NCBI GenBank assembly: GCA_038256975.1
Contig: JBBSJU010000002.1
Span: forward strand, 1,064-65,063
DNA: 64,000 nt
Source of the DNA: Minisyncoccia bacterium
GTDB taxonomy: Bacteria > Patescibacteriota > Minisyncoccia > Phycocordibacterales > UBA5272
Direction of reading: 5' to 3'
In this document: piece by piece, positions 26,918 through 36,466 of the stretch
How the letters are laid out: each line of letters begins with the position of its first letter
Numbering within the stretch: position 1 is the first letter of the stretch
Notes under the pieces: model-generated
What the model saw: the letters and a program-made list of their open reading frames with translations, nothing else
Told to the model about the DNA's origin: nothing
The model's database searches: none
Program-made: the position numbers and the translations under genes

Positions 26918-27589
26918 ATGCGCATTGTTCATTTGTTTCTGACCGTTCTTTTCTTTTTGAGCGCGAATGTTGGTGCTCAAGAATTCTCACTCAATACCTC
27001 AGTGAAGTCGCAATACCTCGGCGCCAATGGCGCCATCTTTGAAGATCAGCCCGTGATGCAGACTGAGGTCTCGGTCAGTCACGGAAACTGTTGGGCATCG
27101 GTCTGGCTTTCGACCGCCGGCGATGCCTGGAAGGTTCGTGCGGGTGACGAGCTCGACTACAATGGAGGCTGCAACTGGAAGGTCGGCGACACAACTGTCG
27201 GCCTGCTGGTTGCCTACTACGACCTTGCTATGTCGGGCGGCGCCTCGGATGTGACAATCAGTTTTGAACGCGGCCCGTACTATGGGAAGCTCTCAAGCTT
27301 TGCCACCCACGGGTTGCCGTTTCCAGGCGGTCAGATTGCACGTGTTGGTCGGAAATTCGCCCTAGGAACTTTCCATGATTGGGATCTCGTTGCAAGCACC
27401 GAGGTTGCCTATGATTTTGGTAGCTTTGGTTTCGAGGAGGGGCTTTTCGGGAAGCTATCTTTGTCGGGGTCTTCCTTGCTCGGTGAATCAGCAAAGTTAT
27501 CTCTCGGTGTCGACTTCAGCGACGGGATTACCGTCGGCGATCGACATGGTGAGCTCGCGACGTGGGTTGGGGTCTCAAGGAATTTTTGA
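26918..27589 (+). CDS. TorF/Gcw_chp-like outer-membrane beta-barrel-like protein
   Basis: Signal peptide; S.Y..G....QP.MQ..W.S..ELDY.GG..AYY pattern; ends VGVSRNF; TTGACA..TATACT promoter. Confidence 0.7.
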   Translation: MRIVHLFLTVLFFLSANVGAQEFSLNTSVKSQYLGANGAIFEDQPVMQTEVSVSHGNCWASVWLSTAGDAWKVRAGDELDYNGGCNWKVGDTTVGLLVAYYDLAMSGGASDVTISFERGPYYGKLSSFATHGLPFPGGQIARVGRKFALGTFHDWDLVASTEVAYDFGSFGFEEGLFGKLSLSGSSLLGESAKLSLGVDFSDGITVGDRHGELATWVGVSRNF

Positions 27590-27616
27590 GACATGCCGAA
27601 TCCAGAACCAAGGCAA

Positions 27617-27649
27617 ATAAACCGGAGCGCGCGCTCCGGTTATTTTTAT
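27617..27649 (+). terminator. Intrinsic terminator
   Basis: aaccggagcg-cg-cgctccggttattttt. Confidence 0.8.
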
Positions 27650-27686
27650 GTTTGACCCGTCACTTTAATTCTGGAATACTCTATAC

Positions 27687-28922
27687 ATGCGTACGAAACT
27701 CTTTTTTGGTCTGTTGTTTGCGGCGGGGATATTTTATGGAGGCTATACTCTGGGAATTTCAAATTATAATTGGGAAACGGTTATTGCAAAACAAGTTGCG
27801 GGCACTGCTGTGCCAGGAGATGTGCAAGATGCAGACTTTGCACCACTTTGGAAAGCGTGGGCAACTTTGGATCAAAAGATAGCGCCATCAAAAGCAAGTT
27901 CAACAAAAACTATTGCAAATCAAGATAAGGTCTGGGGAGCTATCCAAGGACTTGCTTCTTCATACGGAGACCCATACACAACATTTTTCCCGCCACAAGA
28001 ATCTAAGGCTTTTGCAGAAAGTGTAAAAGGATCATTTGGTGGTGTTGGAATGGAGGTGACCATGAAAGATAAAGTAATCACTGTAGTCGCGCCGCTCAAA
28101 GGCACTCCTGCTTTTCGTGCGGGCATAAAAGCAAACGATAAAATTATCGAGATAGATGGAACTTCAACATTACAAATGTCACTCGATAAGGCGGTGGCCT
28201 TGATGCATGGCAATCCAGGAACCGTTGTGGCATTAAAAATATTCCGCGAATCAGAAAGACGTACTATTGAACTTGCAATCACGCGTGCAATTATTGAAGT
28301 CCCAACCATTCAAACAGAATTCAAAGATGGAGTATTTGTTATCCACTTGTTTAGCTTTACGGAAAATTCGGCGCCAAAGTTCCGTGACGCACTTCTTGAG
28401 TTTGAACCATTCTTTAGTAGTGGCAAAACAAATAAACTCATCATAGATCTTCGGAGCAATCCGGGTGGGTTTTTGGAATCAGCAGTTGATATCGCGTCGT
28501 TTTTCCTTCCTGAAGGAAAAGAGATTGTGCGCGAAGTGGGGAATCGTGAATATGGTGAAAAGATATACCGCAGTCGAGGATTTGATGTCTTTGGTGATGG
28601 TCTGAAACTTGCTATTTTAATTGATGGTGGTTCAGCGTCTGCTTCTGAAATTCTTGCAAGTGCACTTCAGGATCATGGCAAGGCGATTTTAGTTGGTGAG
28701 CAGTCGTTTGGGAAAGGTTCGGTACAAGAATTAATACCTATTACAAATGACACTTCTCTTAAGGTCACCATTGCGCGATGGCTTACGCCAAAAGGGAAAT
28801 CTATTTCTGATGGAGGAATAACTCCTGATGTTGTGGTTTTGTACGCAACGAGTACTAAAGAAGGTGAGGAGATAAAAGATGTACAGCTCTTGCAAGCAAT
28901 TACAGAACTTAAGAAATCATAG
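27687..28922 (+). CDS. S41A C-terminal processing peptidase with PDZ domain
   Basis: GDPYT, GVGM PDZ, DLRSNPGG, SASASEI, FGKGSVQ. Confidence 0.95.
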   Translation: MRTKLFFGLLFAAGIFYGGYTLGISNYNWETVIAKQVAGTAVPGDVQDADFAPLWKAWATLDQKIAPSKASSTKTIANQDKVWGAIQGLASSYGDPYTTFFPPQESKAFAESVKGSFGGVGMEVTMKDKVITVVAPLKGTPAFRAGIKANDKIIEIDGTSTLQMSLDKAVALMHGNPGTVVALKIFRESERRTIELAITRAIIEVPTIQTEFKDGVFVIHLFSFTENSAPKFRDALLEFEPFFSSGKTNKLIIDLRSNPGGFLESAVDIASFFLPEGKEIVREVGNREYGEKIYRSRGFDVFGDGLKLAILIDGGSASASEILASALQDHGKAILVGEQSFGKGSVQELIPITNDTSLKVTIARWLTPKGKSISDGGITPDVVVLYATSTKEGEEIKDVQLLQAITELKKS

Positions 28923-28924
28923 AT

Positions 28925-29386
28925 ATGAAGGTACTTCTTCTTGTTGATGTAAAGAAACTTGCTAAAAAAGGATCAGTAATTGAAGTTGCTGACGGATACG
29001 GTACTTTTCTTATCCAAAAAAAGATGGCAAAGCTTGCGACCACAAGTACCGTTAAAGAAGTTGCTCATGTTCAAAAACAAAAGGATGCAGGGGAGAACCG
29101 AGAGATGGAAATATTACTCTCTGCATATGTGCAGCTCGAAAACAAAGAGATTACAATTCCTGTACGAGTAAATGAAAAAGGTGTTTTGTACGGACATATT
29201 CATGCGGTTGAAATATCTGAGGCATTAAAATCTTCATATCACGTAGCGCTTTCCCCAGGGCTTATTCATCTTCGTGAACCACTAAAGAATCTTGGAGAAT
29301 ACCAAATTGAGCTAAAAGCGGGGAAGATTAAAAAAATACTTACCTTGACTTTGGTAGCAGAGAAGATTTCTAAAGAGAGGAGATAG
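28925..29386 (+). CDS. rplI: 50S ribosomal protein L9
   Basis: MKVLLLVDVKKL.KKG..IEVADGYG.FL..LYG.I..PLK.LGEY. Confidence 0.93.
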   Translation: MKVLLLVDVKKLAKKGSVIEVADGYGTFLIQKKMAKLATTSTVKEVAHVQKQKDAGENREMEILLSAYVQLENKEITIPVRVNEKGVLYGHIHAVEISEALKSSYHVALSPGLIHLREPLKNLGEYQIELKAGKIKKILTLTLVAEKISKERR

Positions 29387-29395
29387 TAACCAAAA

Positions 29396-29426
29396 AATAA
29401 AACCGCCGAGCTGGCGGTTTTATTTT
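29396..29426. terminator. Bidirectional terminator
   Basis: aaataaaaccgcc-gagct-ggcggttttatttt. Confidence 0.85.
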
Positions 29427-29446
29427 GATCTATAGAGAAAGGAAAT

Positions 29447-29719
29447 TTATTCAACGTTGACAACTTTTTTTGTTGAAGTTGTGCCGTCGATATTTTTCTT
29501 TCGCTTCGAAGTGAAGTTTACTTTTCCTGTTGTAACAGAGTAAAGGGTGTAATCAACACCTCTTCGAACATTCTTACCTGCAAGCACCTTAGAGCCACGC
29601 TGCCGCACGATAATAGATCCTGGATTTGCCTTCTCGCCAGTGTACAGCTTAATACCCAAATACTTTGGGTTTGAATCACTGAGGTTTTTTGCCGTTCCGG
29701 CGGCTTTTCTTGTTGCCAT
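29447..29719 (-). CDS. rpmA: 50S ribosomal protein L27
   Basis: MATRKAAGTAKNLSDSNPKYLGIK..IIVRQRG..DYTLY. Confidence 0.96.
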   Translation of the reverse strand: MATRKAAGTAKNLSDSNPKYLGIKLYTGEKANPGSIIVRQRGSKVLAGKNVRRGVDYTLYSVTTGKVNFTSKRKKNIDGTTSTKKVVNVE

Positions 29720-29745
29720 ATAGTAATATACTACGTATAAATAAC

Positions 29746-30132
29746 GTGAGTACAATAATACGATACTTTAGGAATAAAATCAACATCCTTGAGACGTACC
29801 TGGCAAGGAGGGATATTCTCATTATTATCGTGATTCTTTCTGTCTCTGTTATCTCTTTTGCGCTTGGATTTCATGCTGGCAGTCAAAAAAATGTTCCTGT
29901 GGTTACGGTGAAGGACAATCTATGTATTGCTCCGGTGACGGAGGCGAGTATTAAGAAAGGTGAAGATATAGCACAAGGCAATAGCACAATTGTTGCCTCT
30001 AAAAACGGTTCGCGGTATTACTTTGTATGGTGTTCGGGAGCATCGCGCATTGCTCCACAAAATCGTGTGTATTTTGAAACAATCCAAGAAGCAGAAAAGA
30101 AAGGGTATACTATGGCATCAGGTTGTAAATAA
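29746..30132 (+). CDS. Membrane-anchored protein with Ada metal-binding-like domain
   Basis: TM then VASKNGSRYY..C..I..NRVYF..EAEKKGY..C. Confidence 0.75.
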   Translation: MSTIIRYFRNKINILETYLARRDILIIIVILSVSVISFALGFHAGSQKNVPVVTVKDNLCIAPVTEASIKKGEDIAQGNSTIVASKNGSRYYFVWCSGASRIAPQNRVYFETIQEAEKKGYTMASGCK

Positions 30133-30166
30133 CAAGCAGTAAGGCTAAAATTTTAAAATACAGAAT

Positions 30167-30802
30167 ATGGTAATTATTGATTGCGAAATGACGGGGCTTG
30201 ATCCAAAGAAAAATTCTATTGTGAGCATTGGGGCAGTAGACATTGAAAATCCAGAACGGAGACTCTATATAGAGTGCCAAGCGTGGGAAGGTGTGGAATG
30301 TGACCCAGAAGCACTTGGGGTGTGTGGTTTTACTGTTGAACAGTGCTTTGATAAAAACAAAAAAACGTTGCAAGAGGCAATGCGTGAAGTGTTTGAGTGG
30401 ATACAGCCGATATCAGATAAAACCTTAGCAGGACAAAATGTGTTTCTTGATATGGCATTCTTAAATGATTCATTTGCTCGTGCCGGAATTGATTTTAAAT
30501 TTAAATATAGAATTATTGATATTCATACGATTGCGTATCTCGACCATGTCTATCGCAAGATTCCTGTGCCACAAAAAGACGGTCGCGCAGCACTTTCCCT
30601 TGATGCGATATTGAAACATGTTGGTGTGCCAGAAGAGCCTCGTCCCCACAATGCGTTCACGGGAGCTATGGTTTCAGCGGAGGCAATTTCACGCATCGTG
30701 TACAACAAAAAACTTTTGAAAGAGTTTTGGCAGTACCCACTTCCTAGAAACAGACGTTCTCTTTGGGGAAAACTAAAAGCATTTTTTGTTGACAGGGGAT
30801 AA
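30167..30802 (+). CDS. DEDDh 3'-5' exonuclease
   Basis: IDCEMTGLD, GQN..LD..FL, H.A (Exo I-III). Confidence 0.88.
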   Translation: MVIIDCEMTGLDPKKNSIVSIGAVDIENPERRLYIECQAWEGVECDPEALGVCGFTVEQCFDKNKKTLQEAMREVFEWIQPISDKTLAGQNVFLDMAFLNDSFARAGIDFKFKYRIIDIHTIAYLDHVYRKIPVPQKDGRAALSLDAILKHVGVPEEPRPHNAFTGAMVSAEAISRIVYNKKLLKEFWQYPLPRNRRSLWGKLKAFFVDRG

Positions 30803-30979
30803 TGGTACGTGGTTATATAAACAGATGGTAAGCCACCAAGTCATTTGCAAGAAAATGTACCCGACTATGGGGGCTTTGAGTCGTGGGTAATCCACATTCC
30901 ACCGACTCAGAAGGCCTCCGAAGCGATTCGGAGGTTTTTCATTAGAAAATTTGTGGTTCTTCTGAAGTTGGAGAAAAAC

Positions 30980-31183
30980 ATGATCGGAGAAGGGTGTCTC
31001 CCGATGGATGCGTTTGATGAGAAGAGGCCTGGCCGACGACCAACAGGCGCACCAGATAAACCAGTAGTTGTTGTCGTGCCGAGCACGACAAGGGGGTCAC
31101 CAATTGGTGGCCAGCCGCTTACCAAAGAACGGCAGGATCAGTCCGCCACAGGGCTCGATCCAGGTGCTGGAAATTACACCTGA
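30980..31183 (+). CDS. Putative 67-aa low-complexity ORF inside a highly structured transcript
   Basis: SD ggag + ATG 30980; the region may instead be an ncRNA. Confidence 0.35.
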   Translation: MIGEGCLPMDAFDEKRPGRRPTGAPDKPVVVVVPSTTRGSPIGGQPLTKERQDQSATGLDPGAGNYT

Positions 31184-31315
31184 TTTCAGGGGAGGGAGCG
31201 CAAAGGTCGCATGTAAGTGAAAATACTCGGAAGGTTCGAGAATTTAGCTTGCATGCGGCTTTTTATTTTGTCTCAAAACAGTATGAGGTTCGTGATATTA
31301 TGTATGTATATATTT

Positions 31316-32350
31316 ATGTCTACTCAAAAAATATTTTTCCTCACTCTTTTCTTAAGCGCATTTGGCGTACTTGCATATATTTTTAGTCCGTTCTTCGCAG
31401 TTATTCTTCTTGGGGTTGTATCAGGAATTGCCCTGGAACCATTTTTTGTGTGGGCACGTACAACACTTAAGCTTGGACCGTCGCTCGCATCTCTATTTGT
31501 TGTTTTTGTCGTTGTTATTGTTTTAGGAGCAACTACAAGTCTTGTCGGTACGCAGCTTGCATCCCAGGCACAAAATGTATATCAAAATGTAATAGCAGGA
31601 AATCAGTACGAGCTTAAAGATGCTTCGGAGTATGTAAATACTCTTATCCGACCATTCAATAAAGCGTACACGATTGATCTTCAGAAGTATATCAATCCTG
31701 TTGTTACTTTTATTGCTCAAAATGTTGGGGATATTGTTTCAGGAACTGCATCAGTTATTTTTAAATTCTTTTTATGGCTTGTTACCTTGTATTTTATTTT
31801 GAAAGATGGACGAAAAATTAAGTCACTTCTTGTAAAACTAAGTCCGCTGAAAGATGTTCACGACGACAAACTTTTCCAACATGTGGCGGCTTCGGCGCGA
31901 TCAATTGTGAAAGGGGTTTTCTTCATCGCACTTATTCAAGGTTTTTTTGTCGGATTGGGTTTATGGTTTGTGGGAATCGAGAACGCAATCTTCTGGGGGC
32001 TTATTGCTGCTATTGCCGCACCTATTCCGCTTTTAGGAACAAGCGTCATTATGATTCCTTCAATCGCCTACCTTCTCATTACGTCGCAGTTTGTGCCTGC
32101 GCTCGTGCTCATTGTTTGGGGAATCACAGCTGTTGGGCTTGTTGATAACGTTCTCAGTCCATATTTCTATTCAAAGGGAACAGAAATTCATCCGCTTATT
32201 CTTTTGTTTTCAATCTTGGGCGGACTTGCGGTGTTCGGACCTATAGGATTTATTGGTGGTCCACTTATCGCAACAATCGCCTTTACGCTAACCTCTTTGT
32301 ATCAAGAAATTGTATTGGAAGAATTACCTAAAAAAGCAGAAAATAACTAA
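31316..32350 (+). CDS. AI-2E family transporter
   Basis: YFILKDG, IQG, VDNVL.P, HPL.ILFS.LGG..FG..G...GP. Confidence 0.93.
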   Translation: MSTQKIFFLTLFLSAFGVLAYIFSPFFAVILLGVVSGIALEPFFVWARTTLKLGPSLASLFVVFVVVIVLGATTSLVGTQLASQAQNVYQNVIAGNQYELKDASEYVNTLIRPFNKAYTIDLQKYINPVVTFIAQNVGDIVSGTASVIFKFFLWLVTLYFILKDGRKIKSLLVKLSPLKDVHDDKLFQHVAASARSIVKGVFFIALIQGFFVGLGLWFVGIENAIFWGLIAAIAAPIPLLGTSVIMIPSIAYLLITSQFVPALVLIVWGITAVGLVDNVLSPYFYSKGTEIHPLILLFSILGGLAVFGPIGFIGGPLIATIAFTLTSLYQEIVLEELPKKAENN

Positions 32351-32386
32351 GAACGACGCTGTGAGCCGGGTGGTATACTGCTATAC

Positions 32387-35300
32387 ATGAAGGCTGTTTT
32401 TGAAGAGCGATATAAGAAATTAAACGAAGCGCAAAAACGGGCCGTTGATACAACAGAAGGTCCGGTGCTTGTTATTGCTGGGCCTGGATCAGGAAAGACC
32501 GAACTTCTTTCGTTACGTGTTGTAAACATTTTACGGCAGGGCAATGTTGGTCCGCAGAATATTCTTTGCCTTACATTTACTAATAGTGGCGCGCTCAATA
32601 TGCGAGAGCGTCTTGTGCAGCTCATGGGCGCAGATGCATATCGTGTAGGTATTTTTACATTCCACGCATTTTGTAGTCACGTCATTTCTCGCTTCCCTGA
32701 ATATTTTTATAATGCTGCAACATTTGTAAATATTTCTGATGTTGTTCGTGCTGAGATTCTAGAGTCGATATTTGCTCAGTTGCCACACAAGCATCCTTTG
32801 GCGAGCTATCATCCTGAACTTGGATATGCGTATCTTTATAATGCAAAAGAACGTATCAAACATATAAAAAACGGCGGATTTACTCCAGAAGAATTTCGTG
32901 CGGTTTTAGAACATACACTTTCTGAATACGAAGCCGTGCATAAAGCATTCTCTTTGTGGCCAGAATCAATGCGAGGCAAGGGAAGTATCGCAGATGTGCG
33001 CGCTGTGTACGAATCGCTTCTAAAACTTTCTTCGAATACAACTGCCCGGGCATTAGTAAGTACGCTTTTGCTTGCACTTGAAAAAGCAGAGCAAGAAAAC
33101 AAAACGACCACGATTACAAAGTGGCAAAATACGTACACCGTGAAAGGTTCTGACGGAAGAATACTAAAAGAATTTGCAAAGGTAGATAAAATGCAGGCAC
33201 TTGCAGATGTGTATGAAAAATATACAGAAACACTTCATGTCCGAGGCTACTATGATTATGATGACATGATTATTGATGTGTCACATGCTTTACAAAAATA
33301 TGATGTACTTCGTGCAGAATTAGAAGAGCAATATCAGTACGTTCTTATTGATGAATTTCAAGACACAAATGAGGCTCAAATGAATGTAGTCCGTGCTATC
33401 ACACAAAATGAAGTGTATGAAGGGAAGGCAAATATTTGTGTGGTGGGAGATGATGATCAGGCGATTTATAAATTCCAAGGTGCTGAAATATCCCACATGA
33501 TGGATTTTCGTAGTCGTTTATATAAAGATGTACAAACGATTGTTTTGGATAAAAACTACCGCTCTACAAAGGATATTTTAGATTTGGCGCGTTCCGTTAT
33601 AATCCAAGGCAATATTCGTCTTGAAAATCGTTATCAGGACATTACTAAAGTACTTGCCTCAGCAAGTACAGATCTTCCAAAGGGATCCGTTGAGATTGTC
33701 TCCTACGTTTCTGATCTGGAGGAGTATCAATCGGTCGTTAAAAAAATTCGTGCCGAGTTAGATGCAGGTATTCCACCAGAAGAAATTGCAGTGATTGCAC
33801 GTGAACATAAGCAGTTGCGAAACCTTTTGCCACATTTACATCATGCGGGCATTGGGTATACGTATAAAAAAAGTGCTAATGTTTTTGATGAACCTCATAT
33901 ACGCGAACTTATAACTATCTGTGAGTATCTAGCCTCAGGGTTATCGTATGAGGGTACGCGCACTGATCTACTTCCTCAGATTCTTTCCTTCTCCTTTTTT
34001 AATCTTCCACGGACAACACTTTTTTTACTAGCAGAAAAAGTTAAAAAAGAAAATATATCATGGGCAAAGGCACTTACTGAAAACAGTGACAAAAAAGTGC
34101 AAAACATGTTCGAGCTTTTAGCAACGCTTTCTGTTGACGCAAAAACAACACCACTTGAACACGTGCTGAATCTTTTTATAGAGAAAAGTGGTTTCAAGGA
34201 ATATTATTTCAGTGAAAGGGTTCGTAAAGAGCGACCGGGAGATTATGTGCACTTTCTAGCTAATCTCAAAACATTCATCGACGCACTTCGTGAACATAAA
34301 GAAGGTCAAATATTAACTGTAGCTGATGTTGGTTCATTTGTTGCAATGCATAAGGATTACGATATTCCGCTCATAGCGCATTCACCATATACACAAAGCG
34401 AGCATGCGGTATCGCTTCTTTCAGCACATGATGCAAAAGGGTTGGAGTTCGGAAGTGTCTATCTTATAAATGTTCATGAGGACAGCTGGGCAAAACCATC
34501 AAAACGAAAAAATAAAATTACACTGCCACTTGTTTTGAATACACTGCTTACGCCTGCTGGAGATGAGGAAGATGACTTCATCCGTTTGTTGTATGTGGCA
34601 ATTACACGTGCAAAACATACTCTACATATAAGTTCTCATGACAAACAAGTACGGTATCTTGTGGGGAGAGAAGATGTGGAAGGGAAAGATGAATCTTCAG
34701 ATGATAGAGAGGTTTCTGAAGATGAGATTATTTCTTTGCATGAGCAAGTGCTTGGACTCGCGCAAGCACCATATACCAATGATGAACAAATAATATTTAA
34801 ACGCTTGGTGGAAAATTATCAGATGCCAGTGACGCACCTTACGAATTTTTTGAATGTTATAGAGGGCGGACCTGCCCTTTTCCTTGAGCGAAACCTTCTC
34901 CGTTTTCCTGCGCCATTGAATGCTTCGGGTGCCTACGGAAGTGCGGTACACAAAGCCATTGAAGAAATTATTACATATCCACGATTTTATGGTGGCGAGA
35001 AACCAGCTCTCAAGCACGTGCTCGGTGTTTTCGATCACACGCTTTCTCGAGCACGTCTTCCACAAGAAGATGATGTACGAGAAAGAGATCGAGGACATAA
35101 ACTTCTTGAGAAGTACTATGCTCTTCGCGGAGATTTTTTCTTGCATAATGATCAGGTTGAGGTTGACATGAAAAATGAAGGGGCTGTTGTTGAGGGTGCG
35201 CACTTAACGGGAAAGTTAGACTTCTTACGCATAGAAAACAATGGTGTTTTTGTTCGTGATTTTAAAACAGGAAAAGCATTTGACTCATGGGATCGTGCAA

Positions 35301-35620
35301 AAGTAGATTACGAAAAAGTAAAACTCCACAATCAAAAATTACAGCTTATTTTTTACAAAATACTTCTCGAGAATTCAAATCGTTTCAAAAACTTTTCAGT
35401 CAGCTCACTTATTCTGGAATATGTAGAGGGAAATGAAGATTCTCCAGTGGTGGAACTCGCACTTGATCCGAGCACTGAAGACGTGGAACGAACAAAAAAA
35501 CTTATTGGTATTGTGTATAAAAAAATAAGAGCACTTGATTTTCCTGATGTGAGCGAGTACTCAAAAGATTATAAAGGAATTTTAGCTTTCGAGGATGATT
35601 TATTAGCTGGGAAAATATAA
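32387..35620 (+). CDS. UvrD/PcrA-like SF1 helicase fused to PD-(D/E)XK nuclease
   Basis: AGPGSGKT, DEFQDTN, VGDDDQAIY, NYRS, KGLEF, YVAITRA; C-term GKLD..DFKTG..QL..Y. Confidence 0.95.
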   Translation: MKAVFEERYKKLNEAQKRAVDTTEGPVLVIAGPGSGKTELLSLRVVNILRQGNVGPQNILCLTFTNSGALNMRERLVQLMGADAYRVGIFTFHAFCSHVISRFPEYFYNAATFVNISDVVRAEILESIFAQLPHKHPLASYHPELGYAYLYNAKERIKHIKNGGFTPEEFRAVLEHTLSEYEAVHKAFSLWPESMRGKGSIADVRAVYESLLKLSSNTTARALVSTLLLALEKAEQENKTTTITKWQNTYTVKGSDGRILKEFAKVDKMQALADVYEKYTETLHVRGYYDYDDMIIDVSHALQKYDVLRAELEEQYQYVLIDEFQDTNEAQMNVVRAITQNEVYEGKANICVVGDDDQAIYKFQGAEISHMMDFRSRLYKDVQTIVLDKNYRSTKDILDLARSVIIQGNIRLENRYQDITKVLASASTDLPKGSVEIVSYVSDLEEYQSVVKKIRAELDAGIPPEEIAVIAREHKQLRNLLPHLHHAGIGYTYKKSANVFDEPHIRELITICEYLASGLSYEGTRTDLLPQILSFSFFNLPRTTLFLLAEKVKKENISWAKALTENSDKKVQNMFELLATLSVDAKTTPLEHVLNLFIEKSGFKEYYFSERVRKERPGDYVHFLANLKTFIDALREHKEGQILTVADVGSFVAMHKDYDIPLIAHSPYTQSEHAVSLLSAHDAKGLEFGSVYLINVHEDSWAKPSKRKNKITLPLVLNTLLTPAGDEEDDFIRLLYVAITRAKHTLHISSHDKQVRYLVGREDVEGKDESSDDREVSEDEIISLHEQVLGLAQAPYTNDEQIIFKRLVENYQMPVTHLTNFLNVIEGGPALFLERNLLRFPAPLNASGAYGSAVHKAIEEIITYPRFYGGEKPALKHVLGVFDHTLSRARLPQEDDVRERDRGHKLLEKYYALRGDFFLHNDQVEVDMKNEGAVVEGAHLTGKLDFLRIENNGVFVRDFKTGKAFDSWDRAKVDYEKVKLHNQKLQLIFYKILLENSNRFKNFSVSSLILEYVEGNEDSPVVELALDPSTEDVERTKKLIGIVYKKIRALDFPDVSEYSKDYKGILAFEDDLLAGKI

Positions 35621-35622
35621 TT

Positions 35623-36462
35623 ATGCCTGATAAATATACAGCAATCTGGGTTTCGCATTCTTCCATGGGGGATTTTATCAAGTGTCCACGTTTGTATTAT
35701 CTGAAAAATGTATATAAAGATCCCAAGACAAAGCGAAAAATGAATATTGTTACCCCGGCGCTTTCTCTTGGCGTTTCGGTGCATGAAGTGCTTGAAGGTT
35801 TGGGTGATTTTTCAAGTGAATCTCGCATGAAGAGAGATTTGGTTTCGTGGTTTGAAGAAGTTTGGAAAAAGGTTTCAGGCATACAGGGTGGTTTTATGAG
35901 TGTAGAGCAAGAAAATGAGTATAAAGCTCGTGGTATTGCCATGCTTGAAAACGTACAGCGTGATCCAAAATTTCTTGTACAAAAACGCATTAAGCTTCCG
36001 AAAGGAGAAATGAATCCAAATTTTTATTTGAGTGAGGATGACAATATTATTTTAAATGGACTTATTGACTGGATAGAGTATCTTCCTGAAACAGACTCGC
36101 TTCATATTATTGATTTCAAAACAGGAAAGTATGAAGAAGGTGAAGGCTCTTTGCAATTACCAATATATCTTCTCTTATGCCACGCACTCCAGAAAAGAAA
36201 AGTTACCAAAGCGTCGTATTGGTATTTGGAGACTGACAAGATTGTTGAAAAAGATTTACCAGATCTTGATACCGCACGAAAGGATGTACTTGAAGTTGCC
36301 TGTAAGGTAAAAGAGGCTCGGGTAGATAATGAATTTAGGTGTCCAAAAGGAGATTCAGGATGTGTACACTGCAAGCCATTTGAGAAAGTTTTACAAAAAG
36401 ATCCATCAGTTATGCATGTTGGAATAGGGGGGTTTAATCAAGATTTGTATGTGATAAAATAG
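35623..36462 (+). CDS. RecB-family PD-(D/E)XK nuclease with 4-Cys Fe-S staple
   Basis: S.S..F..CP, G.IDW..IIDFKTG..QL.IY, C-term CPKG..GCVHC. Confidence 0.88.
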   Translation: MPDKYTAIWVSHSSMGDFIKCPRLYYLKNVYKDPKTKRKMNIVTPALSLGVSVHEVLEGLGDFSSESRMKRDLVSWFEEVWKKVSGIQGGFMSVEQENEYKARGIAMLENVQRDPKFLVQKRIKLPKGEMNPNFYLSEDDNIILNGLIDWIEYLPETDSLHIIDFKTGKYEEGEGSLQLPIYLLLCHALQKRKVTKASYWYLETDKIVEKDLPDLDTARKDVLEVACKVKEARVDNEFRCPKGDSGCVHCKPFEKVLQKDPSVMHVGIGGFNQDLYVIK

Positions 36463-36466
36463 ACAC

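Noticed and set aside
30789-31268. RNase P RNA, tmRNA or SRP RNA
   Set aside because: Lacks GAGGAAAGTCC, tRNA-like ends with a tag peptide, and the SRP helix-8 motif.
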